DNA of 32,000 bases, from the NCBI RefSeq assembly GCF_000196355.1, contig NC_007614.1:90001-122000 (forward strand), read 5' to 3'. Shown piece after piece: positions 27,665-32,000 of the stretch. Below the pieces are notes generated by a model. That model was not told where the DNA came from. It saw only the letters and a program-made list of their open reading frames with translations, and searched no databases. The stretch is from Nitrosospira multiformis ATCC 25196 (lineage in GTDB: Bacteria > Pseudomonadota > Gammaproteobacteria > Burkholderiales > Nitrosomonadaceae). The position numbers and the translations under genes were made by a program. Numbering within the stretch: the first letter of the stretch is position 1; each line of letters starts with the position of its first letter.

Positions 27665-28636
27665 TTAACGTCTGACGTAATCGTGCGTAATCGGATTGAT
27701 GGAAATAATACATTGATCAACCAAACCTCTACTTCTAGCAAATTCTTTTATTTCATTCTCATCCTGGCCGCATAGAACAAGTTCACCGGTTTCTTCGAAT
27801 ACACCGTAGCAATAAAAGAAGCCAGGATTAACGGGATCAATCGAACCAAATATTTGCTGAGGTACATCCCAGCCCGAGAAAAGGACTGCGGTGCTAGAGT
27901 CTTCGTTTCCTGTACTAACAACCCCTATAACGTGGCCTAATTTATTAAATACAGGGCCTCCACTCATCCCACCTGGCCACTTAGCCTCAACTCGAATAAA
28001 TGGCCAGAGACGTACTCTATCAAAATCAACTCTTTCTATATCGATAATACGACCAACTGATCCATATAGATGAGCGCGAATTGGACGATTTTCACCAAGG
28101 TCATATTGGTCTTGATCGATCCCAGCATACCCAAGAGCCATTACTTCCTCACCTTTGGAGGGGGTCCATCGATGGAAATCAACTGGTAGAAATGGACTTC
28201 CCGTGGAACTTTGCTGTGCTGGCTGAATGCGAAGTACCATCAATTCAGTACGATTAAGGATCCGAGGCGGCGCTATAGGTGAACATTCCTTTCCGCACAA
28301 ACTGTATAACCCGCTCAAGGGTCGCCATGCGTTTTTTGGAACTGAAAGACAGCCGTAGCCTAACTTGCTGATATCTAATGCTGCCAGATTAATGTTTTTT
28401 TTGAGAATTGGTTCAGCTTCATGATCATCTAATTGAAAAAGATCTTCACCAATATGAAAGGCCGTAATACAACGTGACCAAGAGTCAATACGAAATGCAG
28501 TTCCCAATCCGATGGGACGCTTATCTGGCACAAGCGGATCAAACTGAAAGATTGGTAAAATTTTCGATCTTAATCCCTCTTCGTTACACGAAAAAAGGCC
28601 TTGACTATCCACTTCGCCTGCTTGAACTGGAAACAT
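27665..28636 (-). CDS. Trypsin-like (chymotrypsin-fold) serine protease, cytoplasmic
   Basis: 323 aa. GLGTAFRIDSWSRCITAFHIG is the His region and GGMSGGPVFNKLGHVIGVVSTG is the GxSGGP Ser motif of the Trypsin_2 type. No signal peptide. AAGGA lies 8 nt upstream of the ATG. I could not place the catalytic Asp confidently by eye. Confidence 0.7.
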   Translation of the reverse strand: MFPVQAGEVDSQGLFSCNEEGLRSKILPIFQFDPLVPDKRPIGLGTAFRIDSWSRCITAFHIGEDLFQLDDHEAEPILKKNINLAALDISKLGYGCLSVPKNAWRPLSGLYSLCGKECSPIAPPRILNRTELMVLRIQPAQQSSTGSPFLPVDFHRWTPSKGEEVMALGYAGIDQDQYDLGENRPIRAHLYGSVGRIIDIERVDFDRVRLWPFIRVEAKWPGGMSGGPVFNKLGHVIGVVSTGNEDSSTAVLFSGWDVPQQIFGSIDPVNPGFFYCYGVFEETGELVLCGQDENEIKEFARSRGLVDQCIISINPITHDYVRR

Positions 28637-29514
28637 TCTTCAATCCTTGTGCTCTTTCTTATTCCTAAAGTGTCATTTCTGGTGGGTTGCTCATTGAGAT
28701 AGAACAATGCCTGTGCGAATCTCATTAACACAGGTTTCAAGGATAGAAGACTTAATGGCATCAGATAAAACAAGGTAATCTCGGTATTCAAGTATTTCCT
28801 TCTCATAACTTTTCTCTGCTTCATACCACAAAGCCTATTTGACTACTGGAGGAAACTCTAAATTAGAAGTTTCAACGAACCAAAACCACACCAGCACAGC
28901 TCGTAGTATCACTAGGCAAATCACGCAGATCGTACTTCAGAAATATAAAAAATACCTTTAAATATCAATACCATAAAGTGATAATTAAATTATACGAAAA
29001 TTGCCGTGCACGTTAAAATTATCGTTAAGTAGGTGGTCAGGAGCTTTTTTTGTTTGATTCAGTTGATGTTACAACGTGGTGAAATACGCCTACTGCCAAA
29101 TAGAGTTAGCAACGACAGCGTGAGATTTATTCAAAAAGCTCTCCAACTGCTCAAGAAACCTTTGTATTTTTACTAAATAGGATTGAGCAGAGCTAAGCTG
29201 CTTAACTACAAGGCTTGGCATACTTGTTTTTATTATTCAATAACAGCACAACGATTTTGGCATCTATCTGGATGGATCGCAGTGGACGTGAGCAATTTGG
29301 GCAGAATCAAAACCAGTAAGTAAGATGGTTAGTTGAGTCCTGTCTGTAATTCCAGTAATCAGTAGTACAAGATTTAAGACAGAAAGATTAGAGATTCTAA
29401 AAGAAAAGATGAAGATCAGAAGACATTATCAGGAAATAATGGAATTCCTTAGATCATTAAGAAAGAATTCTATTCAAGTTCATTAATAAAAATTGATCAA
29501 TAAGGAAATCAGGA

Positions 29515-30090
29515 ATGAAAAGAACAATAATCAATAAAGAAGAGGTGGCAGATTGGATTCGAGAGGTAGGTACAAATGGAGTAATGCTAACGATCAGTGA
29601 ACCACATGCAAAGTTGAAATATTTGAATCTTGAGCAAGCACACATGGAGCCCATAGTTAGTCGCATTATCGAATTAGCTAGTAAAGTTGTATATGGAAAG
29701 CACAAGAGATTCGAAGCGTTGGAGGGATTAGTCGTTTGTGAGAGCCCCATATTTCGTCCTCACTTTCATATTGTCTTCAAGAAGCCAGAGACGATAGATA
29801 AAGTGAAATTCAAGGATAAACTGACGAAACTTGCTATCCGACTATGTAATAAAAAATTCAGATTCGATCTGTCGGATTCAAATTTACCAGAAGGGCTAAA
29901 GAAAGTGATGGCATTTCCCTGCTACGATAGGTTTGTGGAAGTAACTAATACTCACAAAAACACTGGGAGCTATTTGACAAAAGAGCATGCAAACTATTAC
30001 TTATTAACCGGAAGGAAGCTGGTTTTGAAGGATAGCAAAATCGAGTTATCTATGAAGCTCTATGGGGCAACATTAAGCCCAGTTCTCTAG
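29515..30090 (+). CDS. Small island protein, YfjJ/YagK-like (inovirus-Gp2-type) with HUH-like and Tyr motifs
   Basis: 191 aa. LVVCESPIFRPHFHIVFKKPE parallels YVWAREQ...HYHVMLFLNKD of E. coli YfjJ/YagK as I recall them. GSYLTKE parallels their ASYLAKVK. H-hydrophobic-H followed by Y..K is also the Rep/HUH layout. Gene reality is fairly good; the function is tentative. Confidence 0.5.
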   Translation: MKRTIINKEEVADWIREVGTNGVMLTISEPHAKLKYLNLEQAHMEPIVSRIIELASKVVYGKHKRFEALEGLVVCESPIFRPHFHIVFKKPETIDKVKFKDKLTKLAIRLCNKKFRFDLSDSNLPEGLKKVMAFPCYDRFVEVTNTHKNTGSYLTKEHANYYLLTGRKLVLKDSKIELSMKLYGATLSPVL

Positions 30091-30124
30091 TCAATTGCTG
30101 AAAAGGTACCTGCCTCAGAAGCCC

Positions 30125-30422
30125 TGGAGCTGCTTGGAGCCGTAGATGTCTGGGCTCGGAATAAGTCTTCATGTTAATTAGCGAGTCTGGCGGATACAAA
30201 TTAGGTAAGTTGGAGGCCTTGTACCTCCTGACCTGCCCCTCCCATTAGTTTCATGACGTAGTAGAGTCCGATTGTAAATTAAAACTACCCCAGTTTCTGG
30301 GGATGAGGTCAGGATATCTCAGCCCTGTAGACTTTGAAAGAACTCAATTAGCTTAGCTGTGCGTCTTCAAAACCGGCAACAGCCCAAGACTTCAAACCCC
30401 ATTACCGCGAAGCGTTAGGTTA
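30125..30422 (+). mobile_element. Remnant(s) of IS3-family element(s), internally deleted
   Basis: Three observations. (1) 30164-30179 is identical to 25223-25238 (AGTCTTCATGTTAATT) in the left-end region of the intact IS. (2) 30229-30239 reads TGACCTGCCCC, a typical IS407-group terminus. (3) 30299-30355 encodes GMRSGYLSPVDFERTQLA-stop, the conserved C-terminus of IS3 OrfB. That is followed by CTTCAAAACCGGCAACA, which resembles the intact IS right-end sequence CTTCGAAACTGGCTACA. The exact ends are uncertain and no target duplication was found. Confidence 0.5.
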
Positions 30423-31574
30423 TTTTTGTAAAACGGAAAAGGCTGCCCTCTGGATCGTAGTGAGCCTCTGATCAACCATTAATTCCTTAATTATCTTTCT
30501 ATTTTGTTCAGTAAGGCTCGCTTGATCGGTATTAGGATACGCTTCCTTCATCCCAGCAATATCAATCTTCGATAACGTCCGGTTTGGTGGGATATAGCAA
30601 GAACCAGTTTTAGGCAAGGGTTGCTTGAAAATTATGTATGGCAATGCGTAATGCATGATTGAGTTTGGATCATATACGGTATAGGCCACTTTGCCATCAG
30701 GGGAATCTCCCACTTTAAACCCATTCTTCATACCAGTTAGCGATGAAACTTCAATTCTATGGAAGTTTTCTTTTATCTCACTATCGTCCCATCTGTATAT
30801 TTGTTTTATCTTTCCCGTATCCATTTGAGCTTCACAGTCTGCAGCTGGTGTTTGATGTTCATGATGAAAGCCTAGCGCATGCCCAAATTCGTGTAATACA
30901 GTAGTAGCAAATTCTGGATCCTTGGGATCACGAGAATCAAAATCCTGAAGACCCATACTAGGAGCAGATACTCTATACATAGAGTCCGTCCCGATCAAAG
31001 ACCAATAACCTTTCGTACGGAATGTAATTCGAATATTACTACTTTCATTTGGAGAACAGGTTCTGTAAGCGGGGGCAACTCCGAAATCAAATTTAACGTT
31101 ACCGTGATTCGTCCAAGTTTTAGCAAATTCTACAATAGCTGGCCTCGCAGTTTTCCCTTCCTCATAAAAGCAAATCTTTACTATTGTGCCTGGGTCCCAA
31201 GTTTTAGCACGCAGAATTACAGCTTCGACTTTCTTTTTGTCGGCTTCAGTTAGACCATATATATTTTGAGATCCGGCCTCTCTAGCTAGAGCAGAAGCAA
31301 TGACAATAGCATGACTCTGATCTTTCATGGCGATTAACGTCGCGCGTTCGGAGTTGCGCAGTTGCGAATTTTCGTCTTTATCGCTGCTAATTTGATCGGG
31401 TGCAGGTGTCGAATTTCTTAGTCCGGTGGAGTCCGATATATTCGATAAGTTTTCCGATTTTAACCCCGGCAAGTCGTGCGCCACTGCGACGTTCGTAAGC
31501 CCAAATACAATAAGTACAAGATTACAGCGAATAATTGCGGATCTACAGTCAGCAAAGTTAAAAATGTTTAACAT
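30420..31574 (-). CDS. Secreted astacin-like zinc metalloprotease (metzincin, M12A-like)
   Basis: 384 aa. HEFGHALGFHHEH is the extended astacin zinc motif HExxHxxGFxHEH. A downstream SIMHY Met-turn carries the Tyr ligand. The N-terminus has a hydrophobic signal-like segment (CNLVLIVFGLTNVAVA). Confidence 0.8.
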   Translation of the reverse strand: MLNIFNFADCRSAIIRCNLVLIVFGLTNVAVAHDLPGLKSENLSNISDSTGLRNSTPAPDQISSDKDENSQLRNSERATLIAMKDQSHAIVIASALAREAGSQNIYGLTEADKKKVEAVILRAKTWDPGTIVKICFYEEGKTARPAIVEFAKTWTNHGNVKFDFGVAPAYRTCSPNESSNIRITFRTKGYWSLIGTDSMYRVSAPSMGLQDFDSRDPKDPEFATTVLHEFGHALGFHHEHQTPAADCEAQMDTGKIKQIYRWDDSEIKENFHRIEVSSLTGMKNGFKVGDSPDGKVAYTVYDPNSIMHYALPYIIFKQPLPKTGSCYIPPNRTLSKIDIAGMKEAYPNTDQASLTEQNRKIIKELMVDQRLTTIQRAAFSVLQK

Positions 31575-31813
31575 CGTTCGCTCCTAAGCAGAAAAGGCGT
31601 ACTCGTCTTCGTGATCCGCTAGACAAATGGTGATTCTGGGATTTTTAAGTTGATCCTATTTAAAACAGGTTTCTGCCATATGGTCTGAGCTGCTGTCGAT
31701 TTTAAAGAAGACGTAAAACTAGGCGACCCTGGTAAGGCGGAGCGCTTTGCCTATCATGGCCTGTGATCCGCAAGTACTGGCAGCCGCAGTTCACTTAAAT
31801 ACCTCCAACGCAG

Positions 31814-31999
31814 TTATTTTTTCATGTCCTCCAAGTTTTTCCTTGCCTCTAGAAGTTGCCGCCGTGCGTCAAGGTATGCTGCTTCATTGGCAGCCGATTC
31901 CTTTGCAGTGTCAAATCTTCCGGTAATTGCTTGGGCAACACCGTTGAGAAGACTGAGGGGTGTCGTTATAAGTCCGTATATTTCACTCGGATAATCTAA
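31814..31999 (-). CDS. Hypothetical protein, C-terminal 61 codons (gene continues beyond the right edge)
   Basis: My reverse-strand translation is open from the window edge to TAA at 31814-31816: LDYPSEIYGLITTPLSLLNGVAQAITGRFDTAKESAANEAAYLDARRQLLEARKNLEDMKK. I recognise no family. It is absent from the ORF track because it has no start codon in the window. Confidence 0.3.
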   Translation of the reverse strand, partial: LDYPSEIYGLITTPLSLLNGVAQAITGRFDTAKESAANEAAYLDARRQLLEARKNLEDMKK

Positions 32000-32000
32000 C

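Larger units (their letters stand above)
23541..32000. mobile_element. Integrated genomic island inserted in comM (left end ~23536-23545; right end beyond the window)
   Basis: The sequence switches abruptly from G+C-rich to AT-rich (by eye, not computed) exactly where comM homology stops. A large serine recombinase gene sits at the boundary. The island contains one complete IS plus IS remnants and accessory-type cargo genes. Confidence 0.7.

Noticed and set aside
28570-28824. 84-aa minus-strand ORF overlapping the 5' end of the protease gene, plus a 46-codon TTG ORF (28691-28831) in another frame
   Set aside because: The first overlaps the protease start, which has a good RBS, by 67 nt and has odd composition. 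The second has no ATG or SD and is preceded by an in-frame stop. They may be remnants of a lost gene, but neither is supportable as a feature.

Overview
The first ~23.5 kb is G+C-rich proteobacterial core chromosome. Gene content and synteny look beta- or gamma-proteobacterial, but the organism cannot be identified from sequence alone. An AT-rich integrated island follows and runs off the right edge. Core genes, left to right: lptA (5' end)-lptC-kdsC on the minus strand, ispH, an orphan BtuF/TroA-like periplasmic binding protein, a type I-beta DAHP synthase, miaA and a BON-domain lipoprotein. Next is a five-gene fatty-acid beta-oxidation cluster: fadE, an acyl-CoA synthetase, a YciA-like thioesterase, a fused dehydrogenase-hydratase FadB/FadN-like enzyme and a thiolase. 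Then come DUF3460, ~620 bp with no convincing gene, a decayed sulfate-binding-protein gene, an SDR, a spermidine-synthase-like protein, a lipoprotein, an 11-unit Sel1-repeat secreted protein, a decayed DUF445 gene, and the 3' ~290 codons of comM/yifB. The island cuts comM at its Walker-A codons (~23536-23544). Its first gene is a large serine recombinase, which is itself split 39 codons from its end by a complete 1199-bp IS3-family (IS407-group-like) element with a 4-bp ACAC target duplication. Island cargo in the window: a DUF2971 protein, a cytoplasmic trypsin-like serine protease, an ~880-bp AT-rich gap, a small YfjJ/YagK-like protein with HUH and Tyr motifs, IS remnants, a secreted astacin-like zinc metalloprotease, and the 3' end of one more ORF. 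I found no rRNA, tRNA or CRISPR array by eye. The most interesting material is the comM-splitting, probably immobilised serine-recombinase island and its uncharacterised DUF2971/protease cargo. All functional ideas about the cargo are hypotheses.
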